This document shows positions 1-9,627 of a stretch of 64,000 nt of DNA, in pieces (the stretch's first letter is position 1; the number at the start of each line of letters is the position of its first letter). Position numbers and translations under genes: made by a program. Origin of the DNA: an uncultured delta proteobacterium (GTDB taxonomy: Bacteria; Desulfobacterota; Binatia; UBA9968); NCBI GenBank assembly GCA_963804165.1, contig CAWDPO010000024.1:174098-238097 (forward strand). Reading direction: 5' to 3'. A model generated the notes under the pieces. The model had not been told where the DNA came from. It made no database searches and was given only the letters and a program-made list of their open reading frames with translations.

Positions 1-510
1 CCGCGAGCCCAACGCTCCACGTCAGGATGACCAGGGATCGATCCTGCCACCGGCGCAAGCGCTCGCGCCGCAGCGCGAAATCATGCGGCGCCACGGATCA
101 CCCTTTGTTTGATCAGGCCAATCAGCGCATTGATAGCGATGATCACGAGCGCTGAGCAACAGCGCGGCAGCGAACAACGCGTGATATTTGGACGAGCCGG
201 CACCGGCCTCGCCTAATTCGGTGACGATGAGCGCCGTGATCGGCTGACCGCGATCGAGCAATGATTCCGGCGGCGCCACCGAGTTACCTGCCAGCATCAC
301 GACCGCCAGGGTTTCACCCAGAGCGCGGGCGAGCGCCAGAACCACAGCAGCGATCATGCCGCCGGCGCCGGCGGGAAATAATACGCCGGTCACGAGCTTC
401 CATCGATTGATTCCCAGCGCCAGCGCCGCTTGCTTCATGTCCCGCGGCACGGCGCGAAACGCCTCGCCGGAGGTCGTCGCAATGAACGGTAGGATCATCC
501 ACCGCGAAGC
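1..510 (-). pseudogene. pstC: 5'-truncated second copy of pstC (C-terminal half) running into the start of pstA at the window edge
   Basis: ORF 22..498 has the PstC segment MILPFIATTSGEAFRAVP...LARALGETLAVVMLAGN. The DNA is a diverged homolog of ~5420-5895, including the pstC/pstA junction. Homology stops near 510. Confidence 0.8.
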
Positions 511-581
511 GGTTTAGTCCAACGACGCTTCAGACAAATTTCGCAGGATTTGCGTCGAAGGAGAATTCAGTTCAATCCCGG

Positions 582-655
582 CGCTAACCGTTCAAGCTCA
601 CCGGCGGCAATTGAGCGCAGCGGAATTGCCGCCGGTGCAGCGCCATGTCTAGCCG
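582..655 (-). mobile_element. integron attC-like recombination site
   Basis: Minus strand reads GGCTA(g)AC ATGGCGCTGCACCGGCGGCAATTCCGCTGCGCTCAATTGCCGCCGGTGAGCTTGAAC(g)GTTAGCG. It has R''/R' cores, a perfect 14-bp inner inverted repeat (599-612/624-637) and one unpaired base in the L box. The upstream gene's stop codon lies in R''. Confidence 0.75.
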
Positions 656-1555
656 TCGCTACTTCGAGGCTCCGACCACTTCTGAATCATTCTTGAAATA
701 TCATCTTCCCCGTAGAAGTGCCTTGCATACTTTGTTGCATATGCGTTGGAAAGGAGATTTTTTCGAATCCGACTCGGTCTTGACATCTCGATATAGCTCT
801 CCGTCCTTCGAGTCCTGCCTCTCGTTAGCGTTGATAAGATCTTCGAAAAACTCCTCTCTGAGCAGTGCAGATAGGGCAGGCGATAGCGCCTTGTCTATCT
901 TTTCGAGCGATACGATCGCGACGACAAATGCTCTTTCCGAAATAACACTCCATCCTTCCGACGCGTTGAACTCATGCTGGAATACGTCGATTCCAGTAAA
1001 TCTGCAAAACTCACTGTCAAACCAATTTGAGATAAAATCATTATCTGGATCAAATTCTAAATAGTGTTTCGTAATATATTCCTGGACTAAAGTCTTAGTG
1101 AGAATTCCCTCATCCCCCAGGAGATGAGGTCTATGTACTTTCGGATTCTGGAATACATGAGACAGGAAGGTGGCCACAGGATCTCTCATGAGAGATACGA
1201 TATACCATTTCCGTGCGTGTGAGAGCCCGCTCAATGCGTTGCTGGCAGTAAGATGGTCCACGTTCCCCCGTAGCAACTGACCGAGTGTCATACGTGGGGC
1301 AGGTACGCCAGCGTTTTTGTACCTTGCGGAAATATGTGCAATATTCTCCCGTGTCAGGAAGTGCACATGATAAACAAGCTTTGACACATTATTCGATTGT
1401 ATTGTTTGGTGAACTGTGGATGACCCTACTTTGCCCATCGTATACACTAATATTGTTCTATGTCCCATAGCATCAAGTACGCGATGTCTACACCTAACCG
1501 CCAATCGTGGCAATAAAATGTGTCGGCTGCTCAAGTATCGCTTTAGACTCTTCAT
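650..1555 (-). CDS. NKWYS/putative capsular polysaccharide synthesis family protein (sulfotransferase-like), gene-cassette ORF, one frameshift near 765
   Basis: Motifs VYTMGKVGSSTV, HVHFL, SLMRDPVA and WFDSEF..TGIDVF. The alternative frame gives the C-terminus HFYGEDDISRMIQKWSEPRSSDG* with TAG at 652-650. Visibly more AT-rich than the flanks. Confidence 0.7.
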
Positions 1556-1659
1556 TTTGATTCTCGGCTAATTATTAAGTGACCTGCCGTAGGCGGCGAG
1601 AAAAGCCGGTCGGCCTATCTCGCCGAGACAGCTCCACGATCAAGCCATTAATTGGTCGC

Positions 1660-1689
1660 AATATCCTTCACTTACCCCAACCCTGTCAA
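1660..1689 (-). promoter_or_regulatory. candidate sigma70 promoter upstream of the cassette
   Basis: TTGACA (1689-1684), 18 nt, GATATT (1665-1660), about 90 bp before the cassette start. Confidence 0.35.
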
Positions 1690-2420
1690 TATCGTTCTGC
1701 TCGGCAAACGCTGCCAAACTCGGCAGCCTATCTCCCTAACGATTCGCAGCCTATCTACGTCCAGTCCACCGCAAAAAGCCGGTACGATTGAATTGAACGA
1801 CGCCTCAGTTGAATTCAACGCCAGATGGTTTAGTTGAGAATTCAATTCAATTGCAACGTAAGCTATTGCTGAATCCGCTCGTTTCTCGGTAAGCACAAAA
1901 ATAACTGGCAGGCCTCGGAGTCGGGCTCATTGTAGGAATTACAGAGTATACGACAAGTCCAAATCACCGATCTCTTTGATCGAGCGGCCTACGTTATTTT
2001 TTAGGAGAGCACAAATTTCAGAGCACAGACCAGGCTCGTCGAAATACATCGACCCCCAATAGCGGAATCCATTATATGTCAATGAATAGAAAAAGGCAGG
2101 TGGTCACGCGATCGTGCATCCACACTTGCTGAAGAGTTCCAATTTCGCCAGTCGGCCAATCGTCTCGATCTCGGCGCGTTGTCGTCCATCGAGGCGGCCA
2201 TGTTCTAACACCGCTCCTGCGCGTCAGTAGCGGGTGATCTCTGAGCCGCATAACGGAAACGTATATTGCGAAAAGCGCGCTGGTCAACGGGATCCTTGAA
2301 AATCTTCACCGATTGGCAACGGCGAAGCGCTATCACCGCTCGTCCCTATTTTTTCTCTAGTGTGGCGTCTCAGAAGTTCGTTTAAAAAGTCCAAACGATG
2401 GCAGCCTCTGAAGTCGAACT

Positions 2421-2510
2421 CAAATCCCCCTTTGTCCCCTTTTTCAAAGGGGGAATTTTCTCCGTGCGATTCTCACCCCTCTTTGCCAAAGAGGGGAAGG
2501 GGAGATTTTC
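2421..2510. repeat. REP-like palindromic element
   Basis: Two hairpins (cccctttttcaaaggggg and cccctctttgccaaagagggg) enclosed by aaatcccc...ggggagattt. Confidence 0.65.
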
Positions 2511-2569
2511 TGACGGAATGACGCGAGAATTATGTCGCGAACTTCTGGGACAGGATACTAGCATACGCG

Positions 2570-3703
2570 CTAAGTCAACAGATGACGCGTGAGGTCGAGA
2601 TTGGCGGTAAAGACTTCGGGCGCGGGGAGCTCCACCGAGAGAATTATAAATGATCAGTGGAATATCCGACTCGTGGAGCGAGCCATGGGATCGATAGCCG
2701 CGTTCGAGTTCTTCCATGGGCCCGTCGAGCTCGCCGAAAACCGTTTCAGCATCGCCGAATACTGCCAGCTCGCCGATGCGCTCGGGCATGAGGTCGAATT
2801 TTGCCGCGGCTTCACGGCGCGGCAGCACCGACTTCCACTCCTTTGAGATCCCATCAGGGTCGCGCGCGACTTTGCTCTCGTCCTTCGGTGACTTGAGCCA
2901 GACCCAGGCCGCGCCGCCAAAGGTCCGGTGATGCTTCACGTAGCGATCTTTTTCCGCGGAAAGCGCAAAGCGCACTTCGCTGCCGAGCTCGCGGCACGCT
3001 TTGAAAAGGTCCCAACAGCGCGATTTGTAATTCATGCCGTGGTCGGCGGTGAGTAAGAAACGCGGCGTCCGGGCAGCGGCTTTCGCTTCGCCCAGGAGCT
3101 GATCCAGAGTTGCCATATGTTCTTTCGATTCCTGCTCCGCCGGCGCCCAGGTATGCATCGGGAAAATCGGTGGTGTGAACATAGAGCAGACCGACGTCTG
3201 GGCGATGCTTGAGAATATCGACGGCGGCTCGCCACAGCCAATAATTGATTTCGCGAGCTGTAGATATTCGCCGGTTTGCCGTAGCGCTCGACCCACTCAG
3301 CAGGCGGCGCCTCGGCGGCAACGGCGATCTCCGCGCCGCGCCCGAGCAGATGAATGGTTTTTACTTTGCACGTCAGCAGCGCCGACTTTACGCCGCGCTC
3401 GGCGGCGCGTTGAATCATCGTCGGGACGCAAATAAAATCGGCGTTCTCCATGTAATCGGCTTCGCCGGTTTGCTCGTTGAAATAAGAATTGCCGGTAATG
3501 CCATGCTCTTTCGGCCACGTGCCGCAGCAGATCGACGCATTATTGGCGTTGGTTACCGTCGGGAAAACCGCGCTGACCCGTTTGAAAAAGCCATTGTTCC
3601 GCCATGAAGCGCAAGCGACGGCAACGGGCTGGCTTCCATGATAATCCATGCCGAAACCGTCATACATGCCGATAACAATCCGTTGTTTCCGATCAGTGCT
3701 CAT
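2570..3703 (-). CDS. phnA: phosphonoacetate hydrolase-like alkaline phosphatase superfamily enzyme (several frameshifts)
   Basis: Motifs [21 protein letters not shown]...[16 protein letters not shown] and RSHGSLHE are spread over ORFs 3032..3709, 2854..3321 and 2382..3296. RBS GGAGG before the ATG at 3703. Confidence 0.65.
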
Positions 3704-3723
3704 GAACATTTACCTCCAAGAAT

Positions 3724-4590
3724 CTAGCCGATCTCGTCCCGAGACAAAATCGCGGGTAAGTTGCGATTGCGGGTTCGTGAAAAATTTTCGCCGTGGGCCC
3801 TGACTCGACGATCTCTCCGTCGAGCATAAAGATCGCCTGATCGCAGACGCGTTTGGCTTGCGCCAGGTTATGGGTGACGATGACGATCGGTGTAGCGCGT
3901 CTTTGAAGCGCGAAGATCAGTTCTTCGATCTGCTGGGTTGCCGCCGGGTCGAGCGACGAGCAGGGCTCGTCCATGAGAATGACTTCTGGTTGGTTGGCCA
4001 GAGTGCGCGCCAGACAGAGGCGCTGTTGCTGCCCGCCCGACAGCCGATCGGCGCGATCGCTCAGCCGGTCTTTGATTTCGTTCCACAAGCCGACTTGTTC
4101 CAAATACTCGCGCGCATACTCCACCGGCGCCGCGACCGTCGAGGAGGCCGTGATAGCGCGCGCCGAACAGCACGTCGTCGAGGATACTCATCGGAAACGG
4201 CACCGGACGTTGATGGATAAGACCGATGCGCCGGCGGATCGCCGCGGGCTGAACGCGCTCCGTAGCAGATCTCTGCCGCGAAATCGACCGTGCCGCGAGA
4301 GCAGGCGCGCGCCGCGGGATCAGTTCCAGGGTGCGATTGAGCACGCGAAGAAAAGTCGATTTGCCGCAACCCGACGGGCCCAGGATCGCGGTGACCTGGC
4401 CGTTGCGCAAACGAGCAATCGATATTGCTGAGCACGACCGCTTTCACCATAGGCGACGGAAACGCCGGTGCACCGCAAAAACGATCGGCGCAGCGCAAAT
4501 CTTGCGGAGCGTAGCGCCGCAGCATCGCGCGCGCGGTGGAATCGCCGGGCGCCAGGTCAATCGCCGTGATGTTTGGCTCGAATCATTCAC
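3724..4590 (-). CDS. pstB: phosphate ABC transporter ATP-binding protein (frameshifted)
   Basis: [46 protein letters not shown] and VTHNLAQA in ORFs 3868..4410 and 3693..4124. Confidence 0.85.
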
Positions 4591-4598
4591 CGAATGTT

Positions 4599-5479
4599 TT
4601 ACCTTCCCGCGCGCCCTTGGATCAGCATGACCGGCAAGATTTGCCATGAGAGGAGTCGCGACGAGAATCAATGCGGTAGCGTAGGCTTGCTGCAGCGAGC
4701 TCGCCTCGCTGACCAAATAATACAGATGGGTCGGCAGGGTCATCACCGGCGAGGACAAATCGAGGCCGCCTTTGGACAGGACGATGCTCGCGGTCAACAG
4801 CACCGGCGCCGCCGAACCAAAGGCATGGCCCGCGGCGAGCACGACAGCGCCGAGCAGGCCGGACGCGCGCTTTGGGCCAGACGTTTTTGCGAAATGCATA
4901 GAGCCGGCTGACGCCGAGAGGCGAGCGCCGCTTCGCGATATTTTCCTTCCACCGCGCGCAATCGCCTCATAGGCGCCGATCATAACGATCGGCAGCATCA
5001 CCAAGCCCAAGCGTTATGCGCCCCGGCGAGCAAGCGACAATTCGCATTTTCAACGTACACCACAAGAAACGAATAACCGACAAAGCCCATAGATGATCGC
5101 CGGCACGCCGGCCAAGCACTGGCTTAAAAGACTCATCGCGCGCTGCAGACCGAACCGACGCGCTGTATTCGGTGAGATAGATCGCGCCGCCGAGCGCCGA
5201 GCGGCAGCGAGACCGACAAACCGATCGCGACCAGAGCGAGCGATCCTTCGATGGCCGGCCGAATGCCGCCCGAGCTGCCGAGCGGAAACCCCGTGGGGCT
5301 CTGCCACAGCAAGTCCCAGGTGATCGCCTCGGCGCCGCGATAGAAGAAAAACGGACGATGGACGATCGGCAATGATGAAACCCAACAAACCCAACACTCC
5401 ACGGCGATGGATGATAAATATTCGGTCCTGCCACGAGCGCATGCGCTCGCGCCGCAAGTCGCGAATCAAGCGCCGCCAT
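4599..5479 (-). CDS. pstA: phosphate ABC transporter permease PstA (frameshifted)
   Basis: Fragments GGIRPAIEGSL, LAGVPAIIYGL, LVMLPIV and SPVMTLPTHLYYL, located between pstC and pstB. Confidence 0.8.
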
Positions 5480-5482
5480 AAA

Positions 5483-6405
5483 TCACCTTTTGTTTGAGCC
5501 AGGCCGATCAGCGCATTGATAGCTATGATCACGAGCATCAACAACAACGCGGCGGCGAATAAAGCGTGCTGTTTCGGCGAGCCTGACGCCGGCTTCGCCG
5601 AGTTCGGTGACGATCAGCGCAGTAATCGGCTGGCCGCGATCCAACAGTGATGCGGGCACGCCACCGAATTGCCCGCGAGCATCAATACCGCCAGCGTTTC
5701 ACCCAAAGCGCGCGCCAACCCGAGCGCCACCGCCGCGAACATTCCGCCGGCGCGGCGTGGCGAATAAGTACCCGGCACGTAGCTACCAGCGATTGATTCC
5801 CAGCGCCAGCGCTGCCTCCTTCACGTCCGCGGGCACGGCGCGAAACGCCTCGCCCGAAGTCGTAGCAATGAAAGGTAAAATCATCACGGCGAAGATCAAG
5901 TCCGGCGACGAGCAGGGATTCGCCGGTCGGCATGTCGAAATACTGTTCAAACCAGGGAACCAAAGTGACGTAGCCGAAGAATCCGTAGACCACCGATGGA
6001 ATGCCGGCCAGCAACTCGAGCGCAGGTTGCAGCAATCTTCGCATCGTTGCAGGCGCGATTTCCGCGATGAAAACGCCGATGCCGAAACCGACCGGGGCGG
6101 CGAGCGCGAGGGCGATCAAGGTGACGATAATAGTCGAAAGCCACGCGTGCCGCAATGCCGAAACTCGCCGGCTCGACAGCGGCTCCCATGGGTCAGTGAT
6201 GAGCAGACCCCAGAGGCCGCCGCCGCTAAACAAAGCCGGCAAACCTTCGCGCGCCACCATCAGCGGCACCATCAGGAACGTGGCGACTCCCGATCGAGTA
6301 AGGAAGAACAGCAACGTGAGTTGCGCCAGCCGTTCCCGAAATCACCGTCCGTCGAATGCGGCGCGAAGCAACTTTCGCGACGAACGACTGTGAGCGAGGA
6401 ATAGA
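5483..6405 (-). CDS. pstC: phosphate ABC transporter permease PstC (frameshifted, start approximate)
   Basis: LELLAGIPSVVYGFFG in ORF 5682..6314. The C-terminal part matches the copy at 1-510. Confidence 0.8.
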
Positions 6406-6414
6406 CGCGCCAGA

Positions 6415-7318
6415 TCAACCGGTCGCGCGCAAAATCAATTCACGCTCCGGGAAGGCACATAGCCATGGGCGACGACCAGTCTTCTGACAACTGTTCAGCG
6501 CGTAATCGATAAAGTGGCGCAGCGTCGGCGCCGGCGCGCCCTTGACGACCATCAACAGCGGCCGTGCGAGCTGATAAGTGCCATCCGTAATGTTGGCATC
6601 CGTGGGCTCGACGTTGTCGAGCGCAAAGGCTTTGAGATGGTTGCTGTTAAGCGCCAAGCCGGAAGAAATGTAGGCGATCGCATTGTTGTTGCTCTGGAGT
6701 TTTTCCAGGAGCGCGCCCTGGGACGGCAGCTGGAGCGCTTTGGGTGAGATTTTTTTCTCGCCCAATGATTTTCTCTTGAAAGATCTCCGTCGAGCCGGCG
6801 CCGGCATCCCGTGTCAAAAGAACGATCGGCTTCGCCGGCAAGCGAACGATCCAACTCCTGGTAAGTCTTCACTTCGCCGGAAAAAATCGCCGCCAACTCC
6901 GCCGGCGAAAAGCCCTTCTTGCGGTTCGCCAAGGGATTGCGCGAGTTCACCGCAATGGCGACCGCGTCCTTGCCGACGAGATGGCTCTGATGCTCGCCAA
7001 GTGTCTTTTTCTCCGCGTCCTTTAATTCCCGCGACACCATGCCGATATCGATGACGCCGCTGAGCAGCGACTTGACGCCGAATCCTGAGCCGCCGCCCGT
7101 GACAAATACCGTCGTGTTTTTCTTCGGCAACGAAGCCGTCGACCCGGTCCCACGTCGGGAAATCGCTCCATGAACTCACTGCCGCAATTCGCCATGATCG
7201 GCAGCAGAGTCGTCGATCCGCCGGCGCGAATGGTCGGATCTTGCTCCTGCCCTGAGGCGAATCGTTGCGACAGGATCAGCACTCCGAGAATGACTGCGAT
7301 CGTCGAAATTGACTTCAT
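6415..7318 (-). CDS. pstS: PstS-family phosphate-binding protein (frameshifted)
   Basis: Signal peptide, then GGSTTLLP, GGGSGFGV...DIGMVSRELK, DAVAIAVN, TRDAGAGSTEIF and GTYQLARPL. Confidence 0.8.
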
Positions 7319-7418
7319 CGAATTCCTCCCCGAACGGCGCCGCCGGCGATAGGTCGGCGAGCCGTCAATAAGTTACTCAACGCTGAGCGCGACTCTGGCG
7401 TCGCTGTTTGACGGGAAA

Positions 7419-7445
7419 ATTACAAAGAGATGAATTCTATGTGAA
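7419..7445 (-). promoter_or_regulatory. Pho-box-like direct repeats
   Basis: Minus strand TTCAC-n6-TTCAT-n6-GTAAT: three half-sites at exact 11-nt spacing (7441, 7430, 7419) upstream of pstS. Confidence 0.55.
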
Positions 7446-7513
7446 CGATTCGAATCAAAAGAAATCCGTTACAACGATGTAGCCAGTGCGGCGGAGCAGC
7501 AACCCAATCGGAT

Positions 7514-7657
7514 TATCTCGCGCAAAGACGCAAAGGCCGCAAAGGAAAACAAGCTCTCATTTCGACCAAGGGGGAAAATTTTTCTTAGATCCCTCGCATT
7601 GGTTCGGGATGACACGCCTCGGCGTGTCACTTGGCGACTTTGCGCCTTGGCGGGAGG
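7514..7657. repeat. nested palindromic (REP/MITE-like) repeat
   Basis: Outer arms cgcaaagacgcaaaggccgcaaag and cttggcgactttgcgccttggcg enclose a tcatttcgacc...ttcgggatgac element. Confidence 0.6.
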
Positions 7658-7787
7658 AATTTCCGACTCCGATCGCTTTTCTCACGCGTCTGACTTTTTC
7701 GTTCACTGCAGGCTTGATTTAACCGGTTTTGTCCGAATACGTTACCGTAAAGGGCACGCGTTTCCTTATTTTATCCTGGAATACCCA

Positions 7788-7802
7788 TGGCACATCTATT
7801 GC
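7788..7802 (+). promoter_or_regulatory. sigma54 (-24/-12) promoter
   Basis: TGGCAC-ATCTA-TTGC is an exact consensus match, followed by RBS AAGGAGAGG and the ATG at 7831. Confidence 0.7.
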
Positions 7803-7830
7803 GTCTTGAAGGGACAAGGAGAGGTCCTGT

Positions 7831-7965
7831 ATGGGAAGGAATCTTAATACAAGCGGTCCCCTCATATCGCCTTACCGGTTCGCGAATATCGATTGGGCGT
7901 TCCACATTTTCTGGCTGACCTACTTCAGCACCGTACTCGGTTTTGTAGCGTACGTTATCGGTTGA
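7831..7965 (+). CDS. 44-aa small single-pass membrane protein (not in ORF track)
   Basis: MGRNLNTSGPLISPYRFANIDWAFHIFWLTYFSTVLGFVAYVIG*, with a strong RBS, a sigma54 promoter and a hydrophobic C-terminal helix. Confidence 0.55.
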   Translation: MGRNLNTSGPLISPYRFANIDWAFHIFWLTYFSTVLGFVAYVIG

Positions 7966-8308
7966 TTAGCGTTAAAGCCCGCGGTGCCTGTTGGCGCAAC
8001 GCCGCAGCATAAAAATCACTTGCCGACAAACTCCGATTTCGCGGCTAATACCGCAAGCTCGGCCGTGAGCCGATCGACTCGGCTTTCACAGCGGCATCGC
8101 TTGTTTTCCTAAAACGGCACTTCAGCTTTCTGCTTTGAGCTCAGAGCAGCTTCCGCACATCGCCATGGATATCGGCGAAACAAATCCGTAAGTTTTGTTG
8201 TTCACTGCCGGCGTGTCGACGCAATGCCTTTCAACAGCATTAAGTTGCATTCAGGATAAAGCCCGTTGGACTAAAGCGTCGGGTGAAGAATCCATGGGAT
8301 CAAATTAT

Positions 8309-8337
8309 TTGACACGATAAAAGTTTCTTCCTAGATT
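8309..8337 (+). promoter_or_regulatory. sigma70 promoter
   Basis: TTGACA, 17 nt, TAGATT, about 90 bp upstream of the ATG at 8425. Confidence 0.55.
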
Positions 8338-8424
8338 ACCCGCACCGAATGGCAATTTGCTGCCGCACCACATAAGAGATACTTCGACCGCCCGATCGTC
8401 GAAATCAACACACGGAGAACAGCA

Positions 8425-9555
8425 ATGAGCGTCATGACTACAATGCCGAGGCAAGTGGCCGTTGCGATCAATGACCTTTTAGACACCTGCGGACAAATTA
8501 AGACCGGACAGCAGGTATTAATTGTCGCGGCATCAGACGGTCTCACCGGCGGGGTCAACATCGTCGATGAAGCGACCATCGCTTGGATTCAGGCGGCCGT
8601 GCAGCAACGGGGCGCCTATGCATCCGTACTATGGACCGATATTCCAAGCCCAATCCACGCCTGGCGTGTGCCGCCAGTGATCAAAGCGGCCGTGGCGGGT
8701 ATCGATGTGATGATCAGCCACGCCTTTGACTTGCCGTTTGAAGAACTCTACGAGTTGCGCGACGTCATGACCGAGCATCGTGCTGTGTTTGTTCGCAACA
8801 TGGCGACCACGGCGGGCTTGCTGGCCAGCGATTGGGCGCAAACGCCGTATGAGCTTATATCGCAAATTCGTATTCGAACCGCGCGCTTGTTCCAGGAAGG
8901 CCTTGCCTGGACGCTGACACACCCGAACGGCACGCATTTGACAGGCAGGATTAGTGAGCCGAAACCGGCGGGCAGACGTTACGCGGATCTGCGCACCGAG
9001 GGTTTCTATCGTCCTTTTCCGGAAGGCGTCTTCAGCCCGATCAATTTGGCCGATACGGAAGGCACGCTGGTCTTCGATCGCACCTCGCCGTGGTGGGCGC
9101 GTTACATCAATATCCCGGCCCACTTTGCCGAGCCGGTGCGCATCACGATCACTAACAATCGGATTCGGAAATTCGCAGGCGGTGATGAGGCCAAAGCTAT
9201 GGAAAGTTTCATCGCTGCCATGGCGGATCGCGTCGGTGACATGATGTACGAAGCCTTTGCGCTGCATGGCGGAGTGCACCCGCATGCAAAGATTGGCCGG
9301 CATCAGTGCGTCAATGACAGCTATCGGGATTTCATCGAACATCACCATTCTAGCAATCTCCACCTCCACTTGGGTGTAGTTCCGAGCGAGCACCGCGCAA
9401 GCTATCCCTATTTCGTCCACATCACCGGGGATCTGCAGGGAGCGACCTTACAACTGGGAGACAAGCTGGTGTACGATCGCGGCAGGTTAACAACGCTGGA
9501 CCTTCCAGAAATCAAGGAGCTTGCCGCGCGCTTTCCGGAGCGTCCCGGGATTTGA
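8425..9555 (+). CDS. M29 aminopeptidase-fold / 2,5-dihydroxypyridine dioxygenase (NicX)-like metalloprotein
   Basis: 376 aa with THPNGTHLTG, PFPEGVF, EGTLVFD, EPVRITI, LHGGVHP, LHLHLG and HITGDL. The His-rich C-terminus resembles NicX more than peptidases. Confidence 0.55.
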   Translation: MSVMTTMPRQVAVAINDLLDTCGQIKTGQQVLIVAASDGLTGGVNIVDEATIAWIQAAVQQRGAYASVLWTDIPSPIHAWRVPPVIKAAVAGIDVMISHAFDLPFEELYELRDVMTEHRAVFVRNMATTAGLLASDWAQTPYELISQIRIRTARLFQEGLAWTLTHPNGTHLTGRISEPKPAGRRYADLRTEGFYRPFPEGVFSPINLADTEGTLVFDRTSPWWARYINIPAHFAEPVRITITNNRIRKFAGGDEAKAMESFIAAMADRVGDMMYEAFALHGGVHPHAKIGRHQCVNDSYRDFIEHHHSSNLHLHLGVVPSEHRASYPYFVHITGDLQGATLQLGDKLVYDRGRLTTLDLPEIKELAARFPERPGI

Positions 9556-9627
9556 GCCAGCAACCGTCATAACAAGGGATTACAGTTTACTAGCTCACCG
9601 GCTGCCGAAAAGATCGAGGGAACAGGC

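Noticed and set aside
1690-2350. Integron integrase gene upstream of the cassette
   Set aside because: Only short ORFs, with no tyrosine recombinase R-H-R-H-Y motifs.
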